This document shows positions 1 to 11,699 of a stretch of DNA of 64,000 nucleotides, piece by piece; the stretch's first letter is position 1; every line of letters begins with the position of its first letter. Under the pieces are notes generated by a model. It was not told the origin of the DNA, ran no database searches, and saw only the letters and a program-made list of their open reading frames with translations. A program made the position numbers and the translations under genes. Source of the DNA: Eledone cirrhosa (taxonomy: Eukaryota); assembly GCA_964016885.1 (NCBI GenBank), contig OZ024742.1:330894001-330958000 (forward strand). Direction: 5' to 3'.

Positions 1-1223
1 ACTGGAAAGTTTGTTGAAATGAATATCAAGCCACTACCTGCAGCCTCAGATATTCATGACGTATCGGAGAGTTCTTGATGTTCCCAGCAAGCATGCCTTT
101 TGAAGTGTTCCAAAAAGCGGGGCGGTGCCAATTTTCTTTAACCATCCCTGGAAACCTTTTGAGATAGTACCTAGTGCGCCTATGACAATCGGGACCACTT
201 TGAGTTCATGGCAGTTCCAAACCTTTATACCTCCCAATTTAAGTCCTCGTATCGGATAAATTTCTCTCTCTCCTTCTCTTGCACTCTCGTGTCGAATGGG
301 CAGGCCACATCCACAATCAGGCACGATCTTTTTTCCTTGTCCAAAACCACCAGCTCAGGTCTATTGTGTTCCAGTTTCTTGTCCGTCTGTATCCTAAAAT
401 CCCACAGCACCTTCACCTGATCGTTTTCTATCACCGACTCTGGATTATGCTCATACCATTTCTCAGAATATGGTAAATTGTTTACCTTGCATAAGTGCAA
501 GTGGATCATCCTGCCCATCACATCATGTCTCCAGCCTTTATAGTGAGTCCGGACTAGGTGTTTACACTCGGATACAATGTGAGCCCCAGTCTCTTCTCTC
601 TCTCTCCACAGATCCTACACAGTGGGATAGTTTCCTCCTTGTAAATATGGTGTTTCAGCCACTTCGTTTTGAGGGCCTGCTCTTGCGCAGCCATTAGCAT
701 TCCTTCTGTAGCCTTTTAAAGGTCTCCTCTTCTCAACCAGTTCCATGTCTGTGGATCTCTGAATTCCGTTTTATCAATAAGGTACTATGAAGGGATTTTT
801 CATGAAGGTTGCTCTTTCTCCTAGTTGTTATTTCCTCCTTGGACATCCCCTGGTCTATTGTCCTCTCCTTCAGTACAATTCTGAGCATTGTCTCCTTACT
901 ATCGTTCACGTATTTGTGTAGGTTGTGTTTCTCCATCTGAACACAGTCCTCTATGCTGATAAGACCTCTTCCACCTTCAGATCCCCTTAAGTAGAGCCTA
1001 TCGACATCACTCCTCTTGTGGACATGTTGTAGGTAGTCAATAGCTTCCTAGTCTTCGTATACATTTTTTTTTGTTCAGCAACATTCCATCTCAGAATTCC
1101 CGCACTGTATCTAATAATAGACACAGCTCGGGGAAGTAATGCACTTATGGCATTCCTACTTTTCAGATGTGATTTTTATACGCTACTTACTCTCCGAATG
1201 TACTCAGATATTATCAATTCCTT
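1..1223 (-). mobile_element. R4/Dong-clade non-LTR retrotransposon, degraded 3' part (RT C-terminus, CCHC region, RLE endonuclease, start of 3' UTR)
   Basis: Minus-strand fragments encode WYEH..VLWDFRIQTDKKLEHNRP..IVDVACP..VVPIVIGALG..LRYVMNI, matching the C-terminus of the ORF at 7205-10597; frameshifts and stops present. Confidence 0.93.
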
Positions 1224-2759
1224 ATATCCTCAAAGCAACAGCAAATGCGGTGAGAAAATTACTTGGCATAAAAACGCGAGGAAACAACAAACAAGAAAGA
1301 TCAGAACCTTGGTGGAAGAAACGACTGAATGGTCAAATCAGGAACATGAGAAATGACATTGGAAAGCTTGAGTCCCTACTGAATGGGACACTAAAAAACA
1401 TAGACACTAAAAATAGACTGTAAATAAAGTACAAAACTAGGAGGAAAAAGCTAAATATTATCATAGAGGGACTGAAGCAACGCATTGTAGCAAAGAGTGC
1501 AAAGATTAGGCGATATGAGCCAGTGAGTATAGACAGAACCGAATGTTTGACAACAACCAGAAGATGTTGTTTGGACACCTTGAAGGGAAAGAAAGAGACA
1601 ACGAATTGATCCCTGAGGCGGAACAGACTAAGACATTCTGGAGAGCAATATGGGAGCAGTATGTTGAACATAATGATCAGGCATTGTAGATTGAGACAGT
1701 ACAAAAGGAGATTAGTGAACAGGCACACCAACAAATTGATTTGACTATCACAGTTGAAACGCTTAAAGGGCAGGCCAAAAAATAACCAACTGAAAATCAC
1801 CAGGCCCAGATGGTGTGCAGGGGTATTGGATTAAAATTATAACATCCCTCCACTCGAAACTGACAACCATGTTCAATGATTGCTTGATGTCAAGTGAGGT
1901 ATCAGAGTGGTTGACAAAAGGTACCACAGTTCTGGTAATGAAAGACTGAATCAAGGGTAATGATGTTACCAACTATAGACTTATCGCATGCCTGTCCGTA
2001 ATGTGGAAACTGTTAACAAGCATTGTCTCTGAGGAAATCTACCATCACCTCCACATAAACAACCTATTACCGGACGAACAGAAAGGATGCCGAAAGAAGT
2101 CCCGTGGTACAAAGGACCAGTTACTTATTGATAAGATGGTAAAGAGGAATTGCAAGAGGAGACACAATGGTCTTGCCATGGGATGGATAGACTACAAAAC
2201 GGCATTCGACATGGTACCTCATTCTTGGATAACCCAAATCCTAGAGATCTTCAAGGCGGCAGATAACATCAAACAGTTGTTGAGTAAGAGTATGAAGTAA
2301 TGGAAAACTGAGTTAACATCGGGTGGAGAATCCTTGGGTGGCGTGAAGATCAAGAGAGGTATCTTCCATTGAGATAGTTTGTCCCCTCTGTTGTTTGTCC
2401 TGGCCCTGATCCCCCTGACCATTATACTGCGCAAAAGTGAGAGCAGGATACAAGTTGGGAAAGGGAGAGCTTACCATCAATCACTTCCACTTCATGGACG
2501 ATCTTAAGCTCTTCGGGAAGAGAGAGAAGAAGGTGGATGTGCTTGTTGACACTGTCCGTATTTTCAGCAATGATATACGTATGCAATTTGGTATTAGTAA
2601 GTGTGGAGTCCTGGCGATGAAAAGGGGTAAATTGAGTAGAAACAACGGAATCCAGGTAGCAACAGGTGAGATGACAAATGTTATTGATACTGCAGAAGGA
2701 TACACATATTATGTTGTTCTGGAGGCTGATGAAATCAAGAACCAAAAAATGAAGGAATT
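1224..2759 (+). mobile_element. Inverted 5' segment of the same Dong insertion (N-terminal region to RT FMDD motif)
   Basis: Starts at atatcctcaaagcaacagc and ends at aaggaatt, the position where the minus-strand segment stops; encodes [27 protein letters not shown] with stops. Confidence 0.9.
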
Positions 2760-2766
2760 ATTATTA

Positions 2767-2826
<60 letters not shown>
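2758..2826 (+). repeat. (TTA)n microsatellite spacer with an internal T run
   Basis: Seen directly. Confidence 0.97.
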
Positions 2827-3329
2827 GTTCTTTGAGTCTCAGTCATTGATGTTAGTTAACTTGAAAGTTTGTTGAAATGAATATCAAGCCACTACATGCA
2901 GCCTCAGATAGTCAGGACGTATCGGAGGGTTCTTGCTGTTCCCAGCAAGCATGCCTTTTGAAGCGTTCCAAAAAGCGTGAAGGGGCCAATTTTATTTAAC
3001 CATCCCTGGAAACTTTTTGAGATAGTACCTAGTGCACCTATGACAATCGGGACCACTTTGACTTCATGGCAGTTCCAAATCCTTTTTACATCTCACGTTA
3101 AGTCCTGGTATCGGTTAATTTTCTCCCTCTCCTTCTCTTGCACTCTCGTGTCAAATGGGTAGGCCACATCCACAATCAGGCACGATCTTTATTCTTTGTC
3201 CAAAACCACCAGGTCAGGTCTATTGTGTTCCAGTTACTTGTCCGTCTGTATCCTAAAATCCCACAGCACCTTCACCTGACCGTTTTCTATCACCGACTCT
3301 GGCTTATGCTCATACCACTTCTCAGAATG
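2827..3329 (-). mobile_element. 5'-truncated Dong copy (about 0.5 kb, RLE end plus 3' UTR)
   Basis: Same 3' terminus (tgagtctcagtcattgatg) and RLE coding remnant; (TTA)n on both sides. Confidence 0.93.
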
Positions 3330-3356
3330 ATTATTATTATTATTATTGTTATTGTT

Positions 3357-6300
3357 ATTCCTTGAATCTCAGTCATTGATGTTGGTTAACTGGAAAGTCC
3401 GTTGGATTGAATATCAAGCCACTACCTGCAGCCTCAGATATTCAGAACGTATCGGAGGGTTCTTGCTGTTCCAAGCAAGCATGCCTTTTGAAGCGTTCCA
3501 AAAAGCGTGAAGGGGCCGATTTTATTTAACCATCCCTGGAAACTTTTGGAGATAGTCCCCAGTGCGCCTATGACAATCGGGATCACTTTGACTTCATGGC
3601 AGTTCCAAATCCTTTTCACCTCCCACTTTAGGTCCTGGTATCGGTTAATTTTCTCCCTCTCCTTCTCTTGCACTCTCGTGTCGAACGGGCAGGCCACATC
3701 CACAATCAGGCACGATCTTTTTTCTTTGTCCACAGCCACCAGGTCAGGTCTATTGTGTTCCAGTTTTTTGTCCGTCTGTATCCTAAAATCCCACAGCACC
3801 TTCACCTGATTGTTCTCCATCACCGCCTCTGGCCTATGCTCATACCATTTCTCAAAATGTGGTAGATTGTTTACTTTGCACAGGTGCCAGTGGATCACCC
3901 TGCCCATCACATCGTGTCTCCAGCCCTTATAGTGGGTCTGGGCTAGGTGTTTACACTCGGACACAATGTGAGCCACAGTCTCCTCTCTCTCTCCACAGAT
4001 CCTGCACAGTGGGCTAGCCTCCTCCTTGTAGATATGGTGCTTCAACCACTTCGTTTTGAGGGCCTGCTCCTGCGCAGCCATTAGCATTCCTTCTGTAGCC
4101 TTTTTGAGGTCTCCTCTTCTCAACCAGTTCCATGTCTGTGGATCTCTAAATTCAGTTTTCTCAAAGAAGGTACTATGAAGGGATTTTCCCTTAAGGCTGC
4201 TCTTCCTCCTTGATGTTTTTTCCTCCCTGGACATCCCCTGGCCTACTGTCCCCTCCTTCAGTACAGTTCTGAGCATTGGCTCCTTACTATAGGTCACGTA
4301 TTTGTATAGGTTGTTTTTCTCAATCTGAACACAGTCCTCTATGCTGATGAGACCTCTTCCACCCTCAGATCTCCTTAGGTAGAGTCTATCGACATCACTC
4401 CTCTTGTGGAACATGTTGTAGATAGTCAATAGCTTCCTAGTCTTCCTATCCATTTCTTTTTGTTCAGCAACATTCCATCTCAGAATTCCCGCACTGTACC
4501 TAATAATAGACACAGCTCGGGAATTTACTGCGCTTATGGCATTTCTGCTGTTCAGATGTGACTTCAATACGCTCCTTACTCTCCGAATGTATTCAGTTCT
4601 TAACAATTCCTTCATTTTTTTGTTCTTTATGCCATCAGCCTCCAGAACGCCCAAATACTTGTATCCTTCCTCAGAGTCAATTTCCTTTATCATCTCACCT
4701 GTTGGTATCTGGATCCCGTTACTTCTGCTCAACCTACCCCTCTTCATCACAATGACTCCACATTTACCAATACCAAACTGCATACATATATCACTGCTGA
4801 AAATACGGAGAGTGTCAACAAGCACATCCAACTCCTTCTCACTTTTCCCGAAGAGCTTAAGATCGTCCATGAAGAGGAGGTGATTGATGGTAAGCTCTCC
4901 CCTTCCCAACTTGTATCCTGCTCTCACTTTTCGCAGCATAATGGTCAAGGGCATCAGGGCAAGGACAAACAACGGAGGGGACAGGCTATCTCCCTGGAAG
5001 ATACCTCTCTTGATCTTCACGCTTCCCAAGGATACTCCAGTTGATGTCAACTCTGTCTCCCAGGACCCCATACTCCTGCCTAGCAACTGTCTGATGTTAT
5101 CTGCCACCCTGAAGATCTCCAGGCTTTTGGTGATCCAGGAATGAGGCACCATGTCAAATGCCTTTCTGTAGTCTATCCATCCCATGGCAAGATCAGTGTG
5201 TCTCCTCCTGCAATTCCCCATTACCATCTTATCAATAAGCAACTGGTCCTTTGTACCACGTGACTTCTTTCGGCATCCTTTCTGTTCGTCCGGTAACAAG
5301 TTGTTTGTGTGGAGGTGATGGTAGATTTCCTCAGACACAATGCTCGTCAACAGTTTCCACATTACGGGCAGACATGTGATAGGTCTATAGTTGCTAGCAT
5401 CATTACCCTTGATTCGGTCTTTCATTATCAGAACTGTGGTACCTTTTGTCAACCACTCTGGCACCTCACCCGACACCAAGCAGTCATTGAACATGGCCGT
5501 CAGCTTCGGGTGGAGGGATGTTAAATGTTTAATCCAATACCCCTGCACACCATCTGGGCCTGGTGATTTCCAGTTGGTTAGTTTTTTGGCTTGCCCCTTA
5601 AGAGTTTCAACTGTGATACTCAAATCAGTCTGTTGCTGTGCCTGCTCACCGATCTCCCTCTGTACTGTCTCAATCCACCCTGCCTGGGCATTGTGTCTAA
5701 CATCCTGCTCCCATATTCCTCTCCAGAATGTTTTAGTTTGTTCCGCCCCAGGGATCAAGTCGTTGCCTCTTTCTTTGCCCTAAAGCTGTCCAAACAGCAT
5801 CTTCTGGTTGTTGTCGAACATGCGGTTCTGTTTATACTGACTGACTCTGTTCTCGTATCGCCTGATTTTTGCACTCTTTGCTACAATGCGTTGCTTCAAT
5901 TCCTCTATGATAATATTTCGCTTTTTACTCCTAGTTTTGTATTTTATTTCCAGTCTATTTTTAGTGCCTATGTTTTTTAGTGTCCCATTCAGTAGTGACT
6001 CAAGCTTTCCTATGTCATTTCTCATTTCCCCGATTTGCCCATTCAGTCGCTTCTTCCACCACGGCTCTGCTCTTTCTTGTCTGTTGTTTCCTCTCGCTTT
6101 TATACCAAGTAGTTTCCTCACCGTATTTGCTGTTGCTCTGAGGATATTGTTGCACTGGTGAAGGCTCCTCGCCTCAAGGTATGGGATGACTTTGTTTACC
6201 TTAGCTGTTGTTTCTTTTAACTTTTTCCTCTCTACAAATCTTAGTTTCATAGGTCTCCCACTATCATTGTTCAATTCATCTACCACTAAATTTAGGATCT

Positions 6301-7080
6301 CAACCGAATCTTGTCCTAGCCCGTCAGCATTCATCTCCTCAGTGGCCGTATCTCTGTTCCAGGTATTATTTATCTCAGTATTCAGATCATTGTCTGCTTC
6401 GGGTGGTTCCTCCGTTCTCAGGACCTCCTCACCTTCATTTCCCACCGGCTCGCTTGTCTGGCATACTACACCCGCCATCTCCAAGCCATTCTCTCTGCTC
6501 AGTTCCTCCAGTTCCAGCTCGCTTATCCATCCATTAGTTCTTATTACCCGAGCCTGCCCGGCCAATTTTTGTTCATCTAATTTAAATAAACCAATCTCGT
6601 TCCAGATGTTATGCATCCGTCTCCTGTAGCCCCTCTCCTTGGGGTTACTTTTCAGGTAGCATTGCATAACAGTTCTATTCAATTCTTTCGTCCAGTTGGT
6701 TCTGGCCCCTTTCCTTCTTCTCCTTCCTCCAACATCAGCAGTATTTGGTTGACAGTCAGGTTCCTGCTGCTGAGCCAGGGGGCACCTGTTGGGTGAGGGT
6801 CTGTCACATGACCTTCTAGTCTCCATTTCACCGTTATTCGAACTGTTTATGTTCGATATTTAAACACTCTTATCGAGGATTGGCGAATGTATGTTTACAT
6901 AGCCATCTGTGGATCCGCCATCCCACTTGGCCCTTGTGTGGCATTATCACCACGCTGTATACGAACACACATAAACAAACAAACACACAGGCAGAAAGGG
7001 CCCCAAAAATGAATAAGCATAAGTTTCATTGTAATGTAGTGTTCGAATGTCTGACTTAGTTTTAGTTTTTTAAGTTTTAC

Positions 7081-7084
<4 letters not shown>
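3357..7084 (-). mobile_element. Near full-length young Dong copy, truncated within the 5' UTR
   Basis: Nearly identical to 7128-11644 over the ORF and proximal 5' UTR; bounded by (TTA)n. Confidence 0.96.
3434..6826 (-). pseudogene. Dong RT-RLE ORF split by one nonsense codon at 5780-5782
   Basis: ORFs 5780..6826 and 3434..5758 are in frame; QLEGK codon GAG is TAG here. Confidence 0.93.

Positions 7085-7130
<46 letters not shown>
7084..7130 (+). repeat. (TTA)n spacer
   Basis: Seen directly. Confidence 0.97.
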
Positions 7131-7131
<1 letters not shown>

Positions 7132-10100
7132 CTTGAATCTCAGTCATTGATGTTGGTTAACTGGAAAGTCCGTTGGATTGAATATCAAGCCACTACCTGC
7201 AGCCTCAGATATTCAGGACGTATCGGAGGGTTCTTGCCGTTCCAAGCAAGCATGCCTTTTGAAGCGTTCCAAAAAGCGTGAAGGGGCCGATTTTCTTTAA
7301 CCATCCCTGGAAACCTTTGGAGATAGTCCCCAGTGCGCCTATGACAATCGGGATCACTTTGACTTCATGGCAGTTCCAAATCCTTTTCACCTCCCACTTT
7401 AGGTCCTGGTATCGGTTAATTTTCTCCCTCTCCTTCTCTTGCACTCTCGTGTCGAACGGGCAGGCCACATCCACAATCAGGCACGATCTTTTTTCTTTGT
7501 CCACAACCACCAGGTCAGGTCTATTGTGTTCCAGTTTTTTGTCCGTCTGTATCCTAAAATCCCACATCACCTTCACCTGACTGTTCTCCATCACCGCCTC
7601 TGGCCTATGCTCATACCATTTCTCAGAATGTGGTAGATTGTTTACTTTGCACAGGTGCCAGTGGATCACCCTGCCCATCACATCGTGTCTCCAGCCCTTA
7701 TAGTGGGTCTGGGCTAGGTGTTTACACTCGGACACAATGTGAGCCACAGTCTCCTCTCTCTCTCCACAGATCCTGCACAGTGGGCTAGCCTCCTCCTTGT
7801 AGATATGGTGCTTCAACCACTTCGTTTTGAGGGCCTGCTCCTGCGCAGCCATTAGCATTCCTTCTGTAGCCTTTTTGAGGTCTCCTCTTCTCAACCAGTT
7901 CCATGTCTGTGGATCTCTAAATTCAGTTTTCTCAAAGAAGGTACTATGAAGGGATTTTCCCTTAAGGCTGCTCTTCCTCCTTGATGTTATTTCCTCCTTG
8001 GGTATCCCCTGGCCTACTCTCCCCTCCTTCAGTACAGCTCTGAGCATTGGCTCCTTACTATAGGTCACGTATTTGTATAGGTTGTTTTTCTCTATCTGAA
8101 CACAGTCCTCTATGCTGATAAGACCTCTTCCACCCTCAGATCTCCTTAGGTAGAGTCTATCGACATCACTCCTCTTGTGGAACATGTTGTAGATAGTCAA
8201 TAGCTTCCTAGTCTTCCTATCCATTTCTTTTTGTTCAGCAACATTCCATCTCAGAATTCCCGCACTGTACCTAATAATAGACACAGCTCGGGAATTTACT
8301 GCGCTTATGGCATTTCTGCTGTTCAGATGTGACTTCAATACGCTCCTTACTCTCCGAATGTATTCAGTTCTTAACAATTCCTTCATTTTTTTGTTCTTTA
8401 TGCCATCAGCCTCCAGAACGCCCAAATACTTGTATCCTTCCTCAGAGTCAATTTCCTTTATCATCTCACCTGTTGGTATCTGGATCCCGTTACTTCTGCT
8501 CAACCTACCCCTCCTCATCACAATAACTCCACATTTACCAATACCAAACTGCATACATATATCACTGCTGAAAATACGGACAGTGTCAACAAGCACATCC
8601 AACTCCTTCTCACTTTTCCCGAAGAGCTTAAGATCGTCCATGAAGAGGAGGTGATTGATGGTAAGCTCTCCCCTTCCCAACTTGTATCCTGCTCTCACTT
8701 TTCGCAGCATAATGGTCAAGGGCATCAGGGCAAGGACAAACAACAGAGGGGACAGGCTATCTCCCTGGAAGATACCTCTCTTGATCTTCACGCTTCCCAA
8801 GGATACTCCAGTTGATGTCAACTCTGTCTCCCAGGACCCCATGCTCCTGCCCAGCAACTCTCTGATGTTATCTGCCACCCTGAAGATCCCCAGGCTTTTG
8901 GTGATCCAGGAATGAGGCACCATGTCAAATGCCTTTCTGTAGTCTATCCATCCCATGGCAAGATCAGTGTGTCTCCTCCTGCAATTCCCCATTACCATCT
9001 TATCAATAAGCAACTGGTCCTTTGTACCACGTGACTTCTTTCGGCATCCTTTCTGTTCGTCCGGCAACAAGTTGTTTGTGTGGAGGTGATGGTAGATTTC
9101 CTCAGACACAATGCTCGTCAACAGTTTCCACATTACGGGCAGACATGTGATAGGTCTATAGTTGGTAACATCATTACCCTTGATTCGGTCTTTCATTATC
9201 AGAACTGTGGTACCTTTTGTCAACCACTCTGGCACCTCACCCGACACCAAGCAGTCATTGAACATGGCCGTCAGCTTCGGGTGGAGGGATGTTAAATGTT
9301 TAATCCAATACCCCTGCACACCATCTGGGCCTGGTGATTTCCAGTTGGTTAGTTTTTTGGCTTGCCCCTTAAGAGTTTCAACTGTGATACTCAAATCAGT
9401 CTGTTGCTGTGCCTGCTCACCGATCTCCCTCTGTACTGTCTCAATCCACCCTGCCTGGGCATTGTGTCTAACATCCTGCTCCCATATTCCTCTCCAGAAT
9501 GTTTTAGCTTGTTCCGCCCCAGGGATCAAGTCGGTGCCTCTTTCTTTCCCCTCAAGCTGTCCAAACAGCATCTTCTGGTTGTTGTCGAACATGCGGTTCT
9601 GTTTATACTGACTGACTCTGTTCTCGTATCGCCTGATTTTGGCACTCTTTGCTACAATGCGTTGCTTCAATTCCTCTATGATAATATTTAGCTTTTTACT
9701 CCTAGTTTTGTATTTTATTTCCAGTCTATTTTTAGTGCCTATGTTTTTTAGTGTCCCATTCAGTAGTGACTCAAGCTTTCCTATGTCATTTCTCATTTCC
9801 CCGATTTGCCCACTCAGTCGCTTCTTCCACCACGGCTCTGCTCTTTCTTGTCTGTTGTTTCCTCTCGCTTTTATACCTAGTAGTTTCCTCACCGTATTTG
9901 CTGTTGCTTTGAGGATATTGTTGCACTGGTGAAGACTCCTCGCCTCAAGGTATGGGATGACTTTGTTTACCTTAGCTGTTGTTTCTTTTAACTTTTTCCT
10001 GTCTACAAATCTTAGGTTCATAGGTCTCCCACTATCATTGTTCAACTCATCTACCACTAAATTTAGGATGTCAACCGAATCTTGTCCTAGCCCGTCAGCA

Positions 10101-11643
10101 TTCATCTCCTCAGTGGCCGTATCTCTGTTCCAGGTATTATTTATCTCAGTATTCAGATCATTGTCTGCTTCGGGTGGTTCCTCCGCTCTCAGGACCTCCT
10201 CACCTTCATTTCCCGCCGGCTCGCTTGTCTGGCATACTACACCCGCCATCTCCAAGCCATTCTCTCTGCTCAGTTCCTCCAGTTCCAGCTCGCTTATCCA
10301 CCCATTAGTTCTTATTACCCGAGCCTGCCCGGCCAATTTTTGTTCATCTAATTTAAATAAACCAATCTCGTTCCAGATGTTATGCATCCGTCTCCTGTAG
10401 CCCCTCTCCTTGGGGTTACTTTTCAGGTAGCATTGCATAACAGTTCTATTCAATTCTTTCGTCCAGTTGGTTCTGGCCCCTTTCCTTCTTCTTCTTCCTC
10501 CAACATCAGCAGTATTTCGTTGACAGTCAGGTTCCTGCTGCTGAGCCAGGGGGCACCTGTTGGGTGAGAGTCTGTCACATGACGTTCTAGTCTCCATTTC
10601 ACCGTTATTCGAACTGTTTATGTTCGATATTTAAACACTCTTATCGAGGATTGGCGAATGTATGTTTACATAGCCATCTGTGGATCCGCCATCCCACTTG
10701 GCCCTTGTGTGTCATTATCACCACGCTGTATACGGACACACATAAACAAACAAACACACGGGCAGAAAGGGCCCCAAAAATGAATAAGCATAAGTTTCAT
10801 TGTAATGTAGTATTCGAATGTCTGACTTAGTTTTTGTTTTTTAAGTTTTACTTTTTCCCCCCTCTTCTCTGTCCGTCCGCCTGCCTCTCTCTTCATTCTT
10901 ATTTTCTTTACGTTTTGGGGGTTTCTTTTTTTGTTTTTGTTTTTCTCTGTTTTTCTCGTTTTTTACTGTTGTTGCTGTGCTGCTTTTGTTGTTTATTTTT
11001 TCTTTTTTCTTTTGAGTCTATCTATATATTTTGATGCCTTCCTCTTTTTTAGCAGTAGGGATTCTATAATGTGGTGGCAGCAGCCAGCTAAAAGAAGAAG
11101 TGGGAGACTGGCGGCGGTAGCGATACTGAGACAGTGGTGGTGGTGATGTCGATACCGAGGCAGTGGTGGCGGTGATGTGACCGTATTACTGTAGCGATGG
11201 TGCTGTAGCGGTGGCAGCAGTAAAGGAGTGAAGGGGTGGCGGCGGCGGTGATGGGATAATGGTTGTAATGATGGCCGTAGTGATCGGTGGTGGTTTAGTG
11301 TACACAGGTGATAGGGTGGGTGGTGTATCTAGTTTCTGGTGTTGGTGAGTTTGGCTGTTCTATATAGTGTATACAGAGGAGGAGGGGGGGGGGGTTCTTC
11401 TTCCATTTATAGCCATTTTCTTTTTTGGATATACAGTGTACAATACAAAGTTGAATATTTGAATATTTGAGCCTTATAACAATATATTTTGGGTCCGAAT
11501 TTTTTGGGGCTCAAGCCGGGTGCTTTACGTAGCATTTGTACTAAGAGTTGTTATTTCACAAATGGTTTAAATATGTTAAAAATTCAAAACTTACGGGAGC
11601 GATTTCATGACCTCCGTCACCTCGTGCGTCTTCTTCCCTATAC

Positions 11644-11644
<1 letters not shown>
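7128..11644 (-). mobile_element. Apparently full-length R4/Dong-clade element (about 4.5 kb, about 1.05 kb 5' UTR, about 75 nt 3' UTR)
   Basis: Single long ORF, (TTA)n at both ends, no poly(A) tail. Confidence 0.95.
7205..10597 (-). CDS. Intact 1130-aa reverse transcriptase / restriction-like endonuclease protein (R4/Dong type)
   Basis: N-terminal WTKELN..VMQCY..GYRRRM..IW block; RT motifs YRPITCL, QKGC, WIDYRKAFD, GIFQGDSLSP, FMDD, KYLG, GGRGL; CCHC knuckle CRIC..HIVSEC; RHD; RPD..D endonuclease motif. Confidence 0.96.
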   Translation of the reverse strand: METRTSCDRLSPNRCPLAQQQEPDCQRNTADVGGRRRRKGARTNWTKELNRTVMQCYLKSNPKERGYRRRMHNIWNEIGLFKLDEQKLAGQARVIRTNGWISELELEELSRENGLEMAGVVCQTSEPAGNEGEEVLRAEEPPEADNDLNTEINNTWNRDTATEEMNADGLGQDSVDILNLVVDELNNDSGRPMNLRFVDRKKLKETTAKVNKVIPYLEARSLHQCNNILKATANTVRKLLGIKARGNNRQERAEPWWKKRLSGQIGEMRNDIGKLESLLNGTLKNIGTKNRLEIKYKTRSKKLNIIIEELKQRIVAKSAKIRRYENRVSQYKQNRMFDNNQKMLFGQLEGKERGTDLIPGAEQAKTFWRGIWEQDVRHNAQAGWIETVQREIGEQAQQQTDLSITVETLKGQAKKLTNWKSPGPDGVQGYWIKHLTSLHPKLTAMFNDCLVSGEVPEWLTKGTTVLIMKDRIKGNDVTNYRPITCLPVMWKLLTSIVSEEIYHHLHTNNLLPDEQKGCRKKSRGTKDQLLIDKMVMGNCRRRHTDLAMGWIDYRKAFDMVPHSWITKSLGIFRVADNIRELLGRSMGSWETELTSTGVSLGSVKIKRGIFQGDSLSPLLFVLALMPLTIMLRKVRAGYKLGRGELTINHLLFMDDLKLFGKSEKELDVLVDTVRIFSSDICMQFGIGKCGVIVMRRGRLSRSNGIQIPTGEMIKEIDSEEGYKYLGVLEADGIKNKKMKELLRTEYIRRVRSVLKSHLNSRNAISAVNSRAVSIIRYSAGILRWNVAEQKEMDRKTRKLLTIYNMFHKRSDVDRLYLRRSEGGRGLISIEDCVQIEKNNLYKYVTYSKEPMLRAVLKEGRVGQGIPKEEITSRRKSSLKGKSLHSTFFEKTEFRDPQTWNWLRRGDLKKATEGMLMAAQEQALKTKWLKHHIYKEEASPLCRICGEREETVAHIVSECKHLAQTHYKGWRHDVMGRVIHWHLCKVNNLPHSEKWYEHRPEAVMENSQVKVMWDFRIQTDKKLEHNRPDLVVVDKEKRSCLIVDVACPFDTRVQEKEREKINRYQDLKWEVKRIWNCHEVKVIPIVIGALGTISKGFQGWLKKIGPFTLFGTLQKACLLGTARTLRYVLNI

Positions 11645-11698
<54 letters not shown>
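11645..11698 (+). repeat. (ATT)n spacer
   Basis: Seen directly. Confidence 0.97.

Positions 11699-11699
<1 letters not shown>

Noticed and set aside
5780-5782. Stops at the same QLEGK codon here (TAG) and near 59866 (TAA)
   Set aside because: Different codons in different subfamilies; two cases fit independent mutation
3507-10567. Recurrent antisense ORFs in Dong copies (MKGPI.., MAFLL.., MTLFT..)
   Set aside because: Shadows of the sense ORF that recur only because the copies are near-identical
10640-10670. GGCGAATG resembling the HDV ribozyme J4/2 strand
   Set aside because: It is antisense to the element and I could not build the nested pseudoknot
10641-10715. Short uORF MTHKGQVGWRIHRWLCKHTFANPR in the Dong 5' UTR
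   Set aside because: Interrupted by TGA in the older copies, so coding function is unsupported
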